A stretch of DNA of 64,000 bases from Sminthopsis crassicaudata (taxonomy: Eukaryota), in assembly GCF_048593235.1 (NCBI RefSeq), contig NC_133620.1, positions 353,677,261 to 353,741,260 on the forward strand, written 5' to 3'. Under the pieces are notes generated by a model. It made no database searches. It was not told the DNA's origin and saw only the letters and a list, made by a program, of their open reading frames with translations. This document shows positions 19,759 to 31,942 of the stretch, in pieces. Position numbers and translations under genes: made by a program. Each line of letters begins with the position of its first letter. Within the stretch, counting starts at the first letter, position 1.

Positions 19759-22726
19759 ATGACGGAGCGGGGCGCCTCTCCGGAGGACCCCTGGGTCAAG
19801 GCAAGCCCCGTGGGCGCGCACGCCGACAAGGGGAGGGCGGGTCGGGCACGTGCACGCAGGGGAAACGGGAGAGCGGGGGTTTCCCCCACTTCCCCTCAGT
19901 TCTCCCTGCCTTGCCCCCAGGGGCTCGGGGCTGGGGACTGCGGAGACAGCCCCGGCCCCCCGCGTGCCCAAGTGGGGAGCCGAGAGAGCGGACCGTGTGT
20001 GAGTGTCTGCGGCACGGGGGGGCGGGGGGCAGGGCCGGGGGCTGCGCCCGCAGCCGGTTCTGGAAGGGTCGGAACCTGAGCGATCTCCCTACCCCCGCAG
20101 GTGGAGTATGCGTATAGTGACAACAGCCTGGACCCCGGTGAGTGGCCCAAGTCTGGGTGATGCGGCCTCCGCCCCCGTCCCCGCCTCCTAAAGGTGTTGG
20201 GATGGGGGGGTAGTGTCCGCCTATGAGTGGAGAGGATGGGGGCAGGGTGTACTCTGGTGTCCAGTCTGGGAGGGAAATAATGGGACTCCTTTCCTACAGC
20301 CTAAGTAGGAGCCCTAAGGGTTTGGAGGGTCCTGAGTGACTAGCCTAGAACTGTTTGGGGAGAAGGAAAGAATGATCCGGGAGTCCTGGAGGCCAACGGG
20401 TTCCAGCTAGTGGCTGGTATGAGGAGTAATTTTTTCTTGGGTGCCTCTCTTCCAGGGCTCTTTGTAGAAAGTAACCGAAAGGGGAGTGTAGTGTCCAGAG
20501 CCAATAGTATTGGCTCCACCAGTGCTTCCTCCGTCCCCAATACCGGTAAGCAGCGATCGGCATTTCCTCCTCATTCCCGGCATCTTGGGCTCGACTGCAG
20601 GTTGGCAAACATATGAAGCCTATGGTCTCCAGTATTAGGGTTACCTCATACTGGAAGTCCCGAATTTTTCCTTCCAAAGTTAGGGTTCTCTTTTGTATTA
20701 CCTAAATGATCAAACTTTGCCACTTTGTGACCTATCAGATGATGAAGACAGTGATTACCAACAAGAGCCCTACAAGGAGTCCTACAAGGACAGGAGGCGA
20801 AGAGCCCACACACAGGCAGAACAAAAGCGCAGAGATGCCATTAAGGTAAGCAGGAATCCTAGCCCTAGCCTCCTCCAGGCCTGAGGTGGGGTGTTTGGCA
20901 GGTGTCAAGCCAGTGGCAGTGCCATGCTCTGCACCTCTCCTATATAGCTTCTTGGCCTTCACCACCTCTTCATGAAGTGGTCAGATGATTCCCAATGTGG
21001 GGCCAAGGCTCCTGCTGGGCTGTTTCCTGCGACAGCCTCCCTTTACTGTCTTTGTGTATACTGACGGAAGGCGTTAGTATAACTTAGGTACCATCTTCTT
21101 TCTCCCCCCAGAGAGGCTACGATGACCTTCAGGCCATTGTCCCCACCTGTCAGCAACAGGATTTCTCCATTGGCTCCCAGAAGCTCAGCAAAGCCATTGT
21201 TCTTCAGAAGAGTATGGGAGAGAGGGAATGGGGGGTGGGCAGGAGTAAGGTACCCAGGAATCTAAGGCAGGAAGAGGGTAAGACGGTGTGGTGTTTTTAA
21301 TTGAGCCATTCTTAATGCTTAGACCATTATCTTTTCCAGCCATTGATTATATCCAATTCTTGCATAAAGAGAAGAAGAAACAGGAAGAGGAAGTATCCAC
21401 TCTGCGAAAAGATGTCATGGCCCTGAAAATCATGAAAGTGTAAGTAAATGGAGGAAAGATAAGGCTCAGATGAAGAAAGGATTGGGAAGAGCAGCAGAGC
21501 CATTAGGACCAGGTATTCTGGTCTTCATTTTAGTGTTTAAGCAAATGAGTTATTCAGGCAGCTAAGCAATGTAATGTATAGAGCCTTGGGCCTAGAATCA
21601 GGAAAATCCAAGTTGAAATTTAGCCTCTAAATATTTTCACACACACACAAAGGTGTTTAATACTAGTTTGAGTCACTGCAGAGAAAGAACAAGAGCAGGG
21701 ATAATCATAACTGCTTTCTGCAATTGGGCTTAATAGCTAGTTGAAAGTGGATGTGCCTAGCCAATCCTCTAAGCTATTGTAACATCCTTATTTTCTCATG
21801 ATCAACTGATATCAGTACATTCCTAGCTCTACTTTTAAAGACTGGCAAGAGGCTCTGAAAGGGGAAGGGAGGGCAGGAAGATATTAACATACATCATCAT
21901 GTTTTTTCTTGATTTCAGAAACTATGAGCAGATTGTGAAGGCACACCAGGATAATCCTCATGAAGGGGAGGACCAGGTCTCTGACCAGGTCAAGTTCAAT
22001 GTGTTCCAGGGCATTATGGACTCTTTGTTCCAGTCCTTCAATGCCTCCATTTCTGTGGCCAGTTTCCAGGAGTTGTCAGCTTGTGTCTTCAGCTGGATTG
22101 AGGAGCACTGTAAGCCCCAGGTGTGCTGAAACCTTTGTAGGGTGGGGTGGAAGCCCTTTGGTTGACAGCAATACCCACTCAGCTGAAGACCCTTCAGGCA
22201 GTCTAGTCACTCATAGTAAGGCAAAGGTTGATGGTGACTTTTTCTTTCATGAGATCTGTGATGGTCTCAGTTTAGGAAATTTCTTTAGCAATCTAGATTG
22301 GCGCCTGCTTTGGCACTTTAGTCATGGTTGGGGCTAGTGAAAGGCTAAGTTCCCTGCCCAGCAGGTGGTATTAAATCCAGTCTCCTTTCTTTTATGCTTT
22401 CATTTTTTTTTTTTTTTTTTTAAACTCCTTGTAATCTAACCTGGGTTTTGGTTGCAGTTTATAAATTACTCAGTAAATATTAATCACCTTCATGTCAAGC
22501 ACTACACTAATCCCTTTTTTCCCCTTTTAGAAAATATCCCACTCTATTGCCTTTGGGCCCCATACTCCTTTTCTAAGAAAGGCTTACTATTACTTTTGGG
22601 TATAGAGAAGATAGTTGAGGTGTGACCTTGGCCTAGACTCATCCCCCTTTTCTCTTTTCCTATCCCTAGACCCTCCAGGAGATTGTTACTGGGGTGCTTC
22701 ATCAATTGAAAAACCAGCTCTACTGA
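19759..22726 (+). CDS. MLX: MAX dimerization protein MLX (bHLH-ZIP), beta form 244 aa
   Basis: Exons 19759-19800 (GC donor), 20101-20137, 20456-20545, 20739-20845, 21112-21211, 21340-21439, 21919-22120, 22670-22726 (735 nt). MTERGASPEDPWVK-VEYAYSDNSLDP, basic region RRRAHTQAEQKRRDAIKRGYDDLQ, C-terminus LHQLKNQLY*. Confidence 0.96.
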
Positions 22727-23483
22727 CTGCTTGCCTTTCAGACAACACTATTGAAATATAGAACCAGGAGGTTTGTTCTGGTTCTGACATCTCAAACATT
22801 TGCTTTGTTTGTTGGATTTTGGACAGCTTCTGATTAATTTATAATTTATTTTGTCAATATTAAACAAACCCATTTCATCTGTGGAAGTTCTAGGGGCCAT
22901 TGAACTTGTCCCCCTAAAAATCACTTCTGGCATTTTCCTTCATAAGCTTCCAATTTAAACTGAAATCAGGTATTTATTTGGAAGCTACTAACTATAGCCG
23001 CCACTGTGATATGTCTTATAGGAGTGATAGTGAGATTGTGTAGAGTGATAGTATTCTGCCAGCAATCTGGTAAAGGCAGAAAAAATATTTACGTAACCAT
23101 GAAGTATCACAGGTACTTATCCCCATTGGTGCTGCCATGTCGTGTCCATGGCACAGATAAAATTTTTAGCATGTTATATAGGGATTTTATCCCTAGAGAG
23201 TCTGCCACAGTAATCAGAAACTTTGGCAGATTTCTTAACTTTTATTTCAATGTGATCTTTACTTCAATGTAAATCTCACAATTTTACTAATTTTATTATT
23301 TTTTTTTGGTCAGTCAAGTCTTGTGGTACCTCATGCTCATTTGCCATCTCTTCACATGAAGAGCTCATTGGGGATAGATGTTGATTCTTCTGTCCCATTT
23401 CTTACTTGCTGCCACAATTTCTATCAGGAATGAACCAGGAGTTAGTGGAGAAACTTCTATCTCAAATATATAGAAGCCTACTT

Positions 23484-23515
<32 letters not shown>

Positions 23516-23815
23516 CAGGCTTACAAAAGGAAGACTTTACCATCTAATGGAAATTAAATATTTTTATATCAAATTGTGATTGCAATAAAATTTACTAAAT
23601 GCTTAAGCCAAAATTCATTCTGATTTTTTATCAAGTCATATCCACTAAACTGATTTAATATAATGCATAACCACTTGCCTCCTTAGTACTAATTAGTCTA
23701 GTTACTTTCCTCTAAATTAGACTCTAGTCACAAAGGGCACCTGAAGTGTCAAAATAACCCCAATACAACCAGTTTAGGAAGTTTCTTCTGACTTCATTAT
23801 TCAGAAAGAGGTTCC

Positions 23816-26800
23816 TCAGGAGTCTGGAAGGACAACATTGTAATCTTCATCTGTCTCAATTCCAACTTCTTCCTATAGAGCAAGGCAAGGAGAAAATTCA
23901 GCTACCTTCATATTAGGTTCCTGGCCTAGAAACAAAGGGCAAGGAGGTTGGGAGGTAATACTTACAAAAAACTGCTTCTTACTCTTGGGGTAACCCTCAA
24001 GAATTGCATCAAACAGTTCAGTTGCCTAACAAGAAAAAGAGAGGTAGCTCTTAAGATATTGAGTGCTCTTTTCCACCCCCTCCCTCCCATCTTCAAAAAG
24101 CCTTTCCAGGCCAATGTGCTGACACTTACCATCCTCTTCCGTTTCTTCCACTCTCTATGATACTTCTGCCTCTCTTGATACACCTAGGCACAAACCCAAA
24201 AGATTCTTCTAACTCCTTAGGAATTCCCCACTTACCTTAGGTTTAGCCAAGCTGCTAATAATCATTCCAAAGAGTGATTCCCCTCCTCCATCCCCTTTAC
24301 CTTTTCTTTTTCTTCTGGAGTCACATGGTTGGTAGTTGTTTTGATTTTACTTAACCTCTCTGTATAACTGGCACATTCTTTTTTTAACTCCTCAATCTCT
24401 TTACACATCTCTGGTGTAGTCAGGGAGCTGGTCAGTTCTTTCAGTTCTACAAGAAAGTCAGACCGACTCCAATAATTATTTTTGAGAGCCCTGTATTCCC
24501 CATTAACCTGGGAGCTCAAGATAAGGGAAATAGAAAGAAAAGGAGAATTTGGAGTCATGAACATAACTGGTCACTAAAAGTATCCTAGAAAAAATAAGAA
24601 TACAGAGGAAAGGCTGTGTTTTTCTTTTCTTTTCTATTATAGCTTTTTATTGACAGAACATATGCATGGGTAATTTTTCAACAGTGACCCTTGCCAAAAC
24701 TTATGTTTCGACTTTTCCCCTCCCTAGATGGCAGGTAATCCCATCCATGTTAAACATATTAAAGTATATGTTAAATACAATATATGTATACATATTGTCT
24801 TGTTACACAAGAAAAATCAGATTTAGAAAGAAGGTAAAAATAACCTGGGAAGAAAAACAAAAATGCAAGCAAACAACAGAAAGAGTGTTGTGGTTCACAC
24901 TCATTTCAAAGGCTATGTTTTTCAACAATTCTAAAATCTATCTCATGTTTTTTAAGCTGGCTCACCGACTTAAAAGTTCTAAATGCCTGTATGTAATAAT
25001 AGTAGGGACACCAAGAAAAATTAAACACTGCTTAAAGAACTTGACTTTTTGGAGGGAGAGAGAGAGAGAGAGAATTTTTTACACATAATTAAACCAAGAT
25101 AATTCCTAGTAGTTCTTTCTTCCTTGCATTATCACAGACCTGGCACCTGAGCAGTTTTGAAGACCGATATTTGGAAAAGAGGAGAAGAAGATGCATTCCA
25201 GGCTAGTGGGAGAATGAATGTTTTAGAATGTTTAGAGAACATCCAGATTATATAAAAAGGAGCATAATGAGCTAGTGCTAGAAAGTCAGGTTGGAGCCAG
25301 ATTGTGGAAAGCCTTTAATACCAGCTTAATTTTTTGTAAAAATGAAGGGTTTTTGAACCAGAGACTGGCTTTTCTATTCTTGGATTATTCTGGCAGATGT
25401 ATGGAAGATGAATGAGAGGGAAGACTGAAGTCTCCATTAAGAGCTGCAGTATAAGCAGCAGGTGATATGAAAGTGTCCTTGTGAGGAGAAAAAGATGCAA
25501 GAATTGTTATGGAGGTAGAATTAATTTGGCAACTGAGAGCATGAGATATTAAAAAAAAGAAATTAAAGATGACTAAAAGTTACAAACTTGTATGACTGGA
25601 AAGATGACAGTGGCCTTAATAAAAGTAGGGAAGTTAGAACAACAAGAGAAAAATGAAATGTTCTCATTTTTGGATATGTTCAGCTTAAGATTCAAATTAA
25701 GGCTGGATATACACTTGTGAGGTACCTACATATTTACCTAATAGTTCCATGAAAGCTAATGGAATAGATCATTGAAAGGTAGAATTAAGAAGATGCAGGA
25801 CAGCCCTTTGAGGGATAGTTATGTTTAAGGATTAAGGAAATAAATGACAAACTTGGAAAGGAGACTAAAAAGGACTAGTAAGATAATATAGGAAAGGAAC
25901 TTGGAGAAAGTGTTACAGAAACCAGGAAAAGACTATTTGGGAAGAAGGGACAGTTAACATGGAAAGCTTCAAAGAAAACAATGAAAATGAGGACTGTTGA
26001 ATTTATCAACTAAAAGATTACTGGGAACTGTGGAAAGAACAGTTTCAGGAAAAAAATGGGTAAAAGGAGTCGAGAAGGAAATGGGCATTGAGAATTTCAA
26101 GCAGTAAATTTGGCAGTAAAAAGGAAAACAGATAAAGGATAACAATTTAGAGGTGGCTGGCTATTAAATGACAGCATTTTAAGGATAAGTTAAGACCTGG
26201 AAAAATTCACAGCAGGGAAGGAATTAGTATGATAGAAGAGATAGAATTAATTACCAAAAGAAGGTGCTAGAGAAGGAGAACAAATAATTGACTAGTGTTG
26301 ATTAAGTTTTGTGGCAAGCACTGTGCTAAACACTAAGGATGCAAGGAAAAAAAAAAGAAAAGGTACTGTCTTCTTGAAAACAGCCATTATACTATAATGG
26401 GCAAGATAACATAAAGCAGTGAAAACAAGAATGTAATCTTAGAAGCAAGTCAATAGTAGATAGTCCACACCAAAGTCTCCTCTAAGGAGGCTGAATTAAA
26501 TCAAGCTTTAATACAGGCCATCTCTTTTTCCTCAGAGGCTAAAGATAAAGTTGGATAAGAAAGGTAAAGAGCTCAAGAGAGGCTTCAGTGTTCTCAGCAA
26601 AATAGTGAGAGTAGGGCTCACTTCAGAGAGGTAAAGAGAGAGGCTTAGGAGATTGGGAAAAAGGTGTGGACGAATCCTTGAAAAGAGTGAGAGAAAGTCA
26701 ATCTGGGAAAAATAAGACTTATGTAGCAGGGAGGGCTCACTTGATACTAGAAAAAAATCTTTAGTGGTGGAATGTTGTCTGACCAAGGGTTAAAGGTCTG

Positions 26801-29312
26801 CAGGTATGAACAGTAGTAGGAGAAAAAGGCAAGGTATTAAAGAGCCAGTTCATGGCCACAAGGATCTGGACAGCATGATGGAGATGAAGTTGCTGACTAA
26901 TAATATCATAGGGAGGGTCGAGAAATAACAAAAAGAAGCAATCAAAAGGACAATTACTAGGCCAACATGTTAAAAGGCACCACTGGAAAGGTCAAAAATC
27001 TATGTCTTTTGGAGAAAGAAAAGTTTCTATGGGGACCAGCGATAGGAAAAGGTAGGAAGACAGGAACTACAGATAGATGTAAGTATGGATAAGCATATAA
27101 ACATTTGAGATAAGATAAATGAAAGCCTGGAAAAAGGAGCAAAGAAACAGTTTGACCTCAACCAATAGCAACTCTGAATCAAATTGGTGTAGTAGATAGT
27201 TTTCCAGTCATAGCATGGGGAAAGAAACCAGTTCATTGAGACTGATGGTTCCTTTCTGTTGCATTTATGCCATTTTCAGGTCAAACATATGTATTTGAAC
27301 CAAATCACCGAGAATTTTACTACTAAGTTTTGCGTTAGCTTTATTTTCTGCAGCCACCTGGACACTTACCAGCTTCCAAGTGACGGCAGCTCTGTTGGAC
27401 ACTTTGGACTTTGGAAGTGAGTGACAGAATTTCATCGTCAAGGCCTTTGAGGTCTGTGTCACTAAGAGTATCAAATTCATTCTGCCAGAGACAAGGAAAC
27501 AAGAAAGGGACCAAACTTCAGCAATGCTCACAGCAGAGAACTCACTATTTAAGGATATGTATAATCCCCAGTAATTCTACTTTACCCCCAAATTTTAGTC
27601 CTGTCTTCAAGAGCAGTGCTTTCAAAAGCAAGTAAAAACAAGGACTATCACATCTGTAGATCTTTGCAGGCCCCATATTGTCTTAGAAAACCACACATTA
27701 ACATATTCTATATTTTTATTTATTTTGTTAAACATTCCTAATTACATTTTAATCAGATTCAGGCATCTTTCCTGTGTCATCTCTGCTCTAGAGAAAAGGA
27801 CTCTTAGAAATATAGGTAGAATTAAATTATAAAGAGAATAGTGACTAACAAAGGTCTCTAAAGCTCATTTAATTCAGCAAGTATTTTATGAACACCTAAT
27901 TGCTGATAGCACTAAATGGATGATACACCCAGCACCCTTAGTAAATGTTTGTTGGAAAGTAAACAATTATATATTGCTATTTATAAGTTTAAATTATAAA
28001 TAACAAACTGTTAACATGTATTAAAGCATTTACTCTCTGCCAGATGCTTTACTTAATCCTCATAACAAACCTAGGAGGTATCATTATCATCATCCCCATC
28101 CCCAAATGTAAAAATATTGGGAAAATTAAGGCAGGCAGATGTTAAATGACTTCATCAGCATCCACTGTGCAGAACCATAATATAGTACATACAGTCACAA
28201 ATATTGTCAGGATGAGCAACAGAGTCTTTGCTGTGACGAAAAACAATGATCCTAGACAATTCTAAAAGACGCCAGAAGAAATGTTAGGCAGCTGGAGAGA
28301 AGCTGATGCACTCCGAGTGCAGACTGAAGTATACCTATACTTTTTTACTTTATTTTCCTGGGTTTGGTTTTGTTGTGGGGGTGGGGTTTTTTTTGGGGGG
28401 GTATGGTTTATTTTGCGACATAAATGATATGGAGATGTTTTTCATGACTTCATATGTATAATCGATATCGGATTACTACTAAGGAGAGGGGCAAGGAGGG
28501 AGAGAATTTAGAATTCAACATTTTTTAAATGAATGCTAAGTTTTACACACAAGTGGGGTAATATTAGCAAAGCTCCAGCTAGAGTCTTCTGGGGGCAGTA
28601 AAGGACAGAGGCAGGGGAACCAACTCAGAGTTCCGAGGGCAGACGGGAGGTCTGGGAGGGCGGGCCTTGGTCAGCTCTGCAGTAGAGAATCGCCTCTACA
28701 CCAGCAGCTCGGACGTAGCTTTTGCCGAAGCCAGTGAAGGGCCGGAGGCCGGATAGCACGGAGCCCTGGGGGCCGGGGCGGCTCCTCTCACCTGATCCGC
28801 AAAGTAGATTTTCTGCTTGCCGTACACCTTTTCCTTGACTTTGCCCTGCTGCGCCAGCTGCTCCAGGGCCTTTACCACCGCCTGGCGGAGAGAAGCGAAG
28901 GGTTGGGAGGATCCGGGGATCCGGGAGACCCGCCTCGCGCGGGGAGGGGTGTGGGTGGGAAGGACACCCTGGCCCTAGCCGTCTCATCCCAGGGCCGGCT
29001 GTTTCGGACCCACTGACACGTCAGACCCCGGCCGTGTTTCGGGGGGTCGAAGCCCCCGAGGGTGGGGCGCCCTCGGCCGCTCGGGGGGGCGTCTCACCGC
29101 CTTGCCAAGCCCGTGATCCCGCTGCAGGTTCCCGAACACGTCCTGGGCACTGTAGGGTCGGTTCTGCTCCCGAAGGTAATTCAGGACAAGCCCGGGGGCT
29201 GTGGGGAAGGGACCGTGGTCACTGGCGCAACCAGAGCCAGCCGGCCTCCAACAGTCCCTAGGCTCCCGACCGGACACTCACCTACGGCCGGATCCGCGCG
29301 GCCTTTACTCAT
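23816..29312 (-). CDS. PSMC3IP: Homologous-pairing protein 2 (HOP2/TBPIP), 216 aa
   Basis: Minus-strand exons 29312-29282, 29198-29098, 28881-28792, 27481-27370, 24446-24301, 24183-24130, 24025-23966, 23872-23816 (651 nt, GT-AG). MSKGRA, YLREQNRPYSAQDVFGNLQ, KVYGKQKIYFADQ, EWKKRKRM, EEVGIETDEDYNVVLPDS*. Confidence 0.96.
24620..24925 (-). mobile_element. L1 3' end fragment in PSMC3IP intron 4
   Basis: 'acatatgcatgggtaattttcaacagtgacccttgccaaaac...ccctagatggcaggtaatcc' is the reverse of the dasyurid-type L1 3' end. Confidence 0.8.
25130..26360 (-). mobile_element. L2 LINE fragments in PSMC3IP intron 4
   Basis: Purine-rich degenerate L2 reverse strand ('ttggagccagattgtggaaagcc', 'tttggatatgttcagcttaagatt', 'caagcactgtgctaaacact'). 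Confidence 0.55.
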
Positions 29313-29950
29313 CCCGCCACCAGTCAAACAGCCGGAAGCCAGCGCCAGCTGGTGACTCCCTCCTTCCGGGAGCTGGCCCGGAGAGACTGAGCGCGGTGGT
29401 TGGCCCACGTGACTGAAAGGCCGTCCCAGAGGACGGGTTTAGGCGCAGAGTCCCCCCCCACAAGGCGTGGCGCACGTTTCTCCCCCCTCCCAAATTGTGG
29501 GTGTAGGAGGGGGCGAAGGATGGAGCGTTTGCTTCCTTCCCGGACGATCCGCCGGACAGACACGACGCAACTCCTCCGCCTTCAGAGAGGAGCCTCCTGT
29601 CAGTCTATTTATTGCACACACACATAATAGCCGCCCCCAAAACCCTTCTTGCGCGGGGCTGTGGCTTGCAGTGGCAGAGGCCCGCCCCCAAGGGGCGCTT
29701 TGTCCTGTACCTATAGGGACGGGGTGAGACTGGAGAAGCCAGGACGGTGATCCTGGAGAACGGAGGCGGCTCGTTTCCTGTCGGCCTAGATCAAGGCCGG
29801 CCACCTGACAGGTGCTTTCCATTTCCGCCCACACAAGTCTGTGAAACAGCCTGAAATAAATATTTCTAGTTTCTGAAATCATCGTGGGCCGAAGAACAGC
29901 TGTCCGTTCAAGCAAACGCCAGCGAAAAAGGCGGGCAGCTTTCTGTTCTT
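29313..29950 (-). promoter_or_regulatory. PSMC3IP promoter / CpG island
   Basis: CpG-rich from about 28600 to 29950; CCACGTGAC E-box at 29405-29413; ETS-like ccggaag near 29331; GC boxes. Confidence 0.55.
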
Positions 29951-31942
29951 ACCATAGTCAGAACCCTTCCAGCAGCCCTTAAAATAAGCCTTTTAGATGG
30001 AGTGAGGATGTTAGAAATGTAGATTCCCCTTCGAATATCACATTTTCTTTAAATTGCTTCCATCATTCCGATTAAGTAGCACATCTTACTTCCGGTTTCA
30101 AAGACAGACTACTCAATTGGGAGTCAACACCACATTTTTTCTCATACAAGATTTATTTTCGAATATCTGCCCTCCCACCCCACCCCCAATTCACAGTGGA
30201 AAAACAGATTCGGAGAAGGAGCCCCTACCTAGAGGAAACACCCAAAGAAACTTTCTTCGAATTTCCCCCTACCTTCCACCCTCCGGTTCCATTCCCAGGG
30301 TTTGCATCTACACACATTCATGCAAATCCAGAAATCCCAGCTGTCTTTCCATAAATGTCTACTTTCAAACCTAGCCACCTGTCGTCTTTATAAATCACAG
30401 CTTTACCAAACAAGACGTGTGAGCTTTGAATTGCCTCGGGGTGGTGTGAAGGAGGAACCTCTCTTCTCAAACCTTCCTATAAAGGTAATATGGCAACTAC
30501 TTTTTCTCTCTTCTCTTGCTCAAATATTAATTCACTGCCCCCTGAATTTCTTGGAACAACAGCAAAAATAATAACACCCCGAAATTGCAGCACATAGAAA
30601 TGGGCTCTGTCCCAACATCTGTGGTAGTCTGGGAGTGTAGGAGGAATGGTCCCTGAGGAGCAGCAAGGGGTTAGTGCAGGTAAAAAGTGGATGGTTTGAT
30701 CTCTCATGGGGAAGCAGAGGATTCTAGATGCAGCCCCAGGGGATATGGAGGTCTCTGAAGGATTTTCCCCCTGAGTTAGGAAAAAAAAAAAAAAAAAAGT
30801 TGTGTGGCTTGTATCTGTCTCTTGAATGATTACAAAAAGGAATTATAGCATGGCAAAGATCCTGTCGACAAAAGTGGCTGCATCTTGAAAAATACTCATT
30901 CCAACTGCACTCATCCTTGGATGAAGTCCCTAGCAAAGCTAGAGACAAGTCAAAGTAAAAACAAATAATGCAGAGGCTGGCACATGGATCTAGAGAGTTG
31001 GTGCAAGAACTGAATGAATGCCACCGGGCCATTTAAAGTGCTACTTTGCCAAGCCCCATAGAGTTGTTCATATATGGCTGGGGGAAGGATGAAGAGGAAG
31101 GATAGGAAAGAAATTCAGAAATGGCTATTGCTTTGCTCATTATTTAGGTTAGTGCTTAAAATGAAGGATTAGCAGGGAAACAAGTAGGAAGCTCCAAAGA
31201 CTGACATAAACTGAAAAGACCTGGGGAGCAAACCCAGAACCCTCCAAAGCACAACCAGCAATTCTAGCAGAGATCTTGCTACCCACTCCCCCACCCCCAC
31301 TGTTTCCTTCAGTCCCTCTTTCTTGAGAGCAGTCTTTTGGGGTACTGGAGTCAAGGCCATAAGTGGTAGTAGGGCAAGCCTGCTCTACAGAATCAAGGAC
31401 AAGCTTACTTAGAAAAAACAAATCATGATTATGAGACAGAGCAATGAAACCTTCCTAGTCAATGCAGCTGCCCCCAGGAACTTCTAGCACCACCCCACTG
31501 CGGTTAAGAGCCATTCCACACTTTGGCTTTAAGGAAAGGGATGGGATGAGGAAGTAAGAGGGGCAGTTGTTTTACAGCAGGGTCCCTGAGCACCCACACC
31601 TTGTAGCAAACATCATCCCATTAGAGAGAAACTGGGATAATGTGTCCCAGGGTCCAGTTCATCAAACTCTCTTGTTCCCAGCAAAATAAGTATTATCCGT
31701 ATGTTAGAATCTTCACTTAAGGAGTTTTGGCCTCCATCATCTATGACTCTTGAGCTCATAAATGGGTGTCCAGCTAGAGATAAGGTAGTACCCTCTCTAA
31801 GCAGGGGCCCCAATGGGTAGCCAACAATGTACACAGATAATCAAATTTGGGAGGTGGGACTCGGATCCCTTCCATTATCCCCAGTGGGATGGGGGGGAAA
31901 AAGACCAAAACCACAAAGCATTTTCCCAAAAGAGGATGTGCC

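Noticed and set aside
28625-29915. Cluster of 60-158 aa ORFs around PSMC3IP exons 1-3
   Set aside because: Explained by GC-rich introns and promoter overlapping the real exons.
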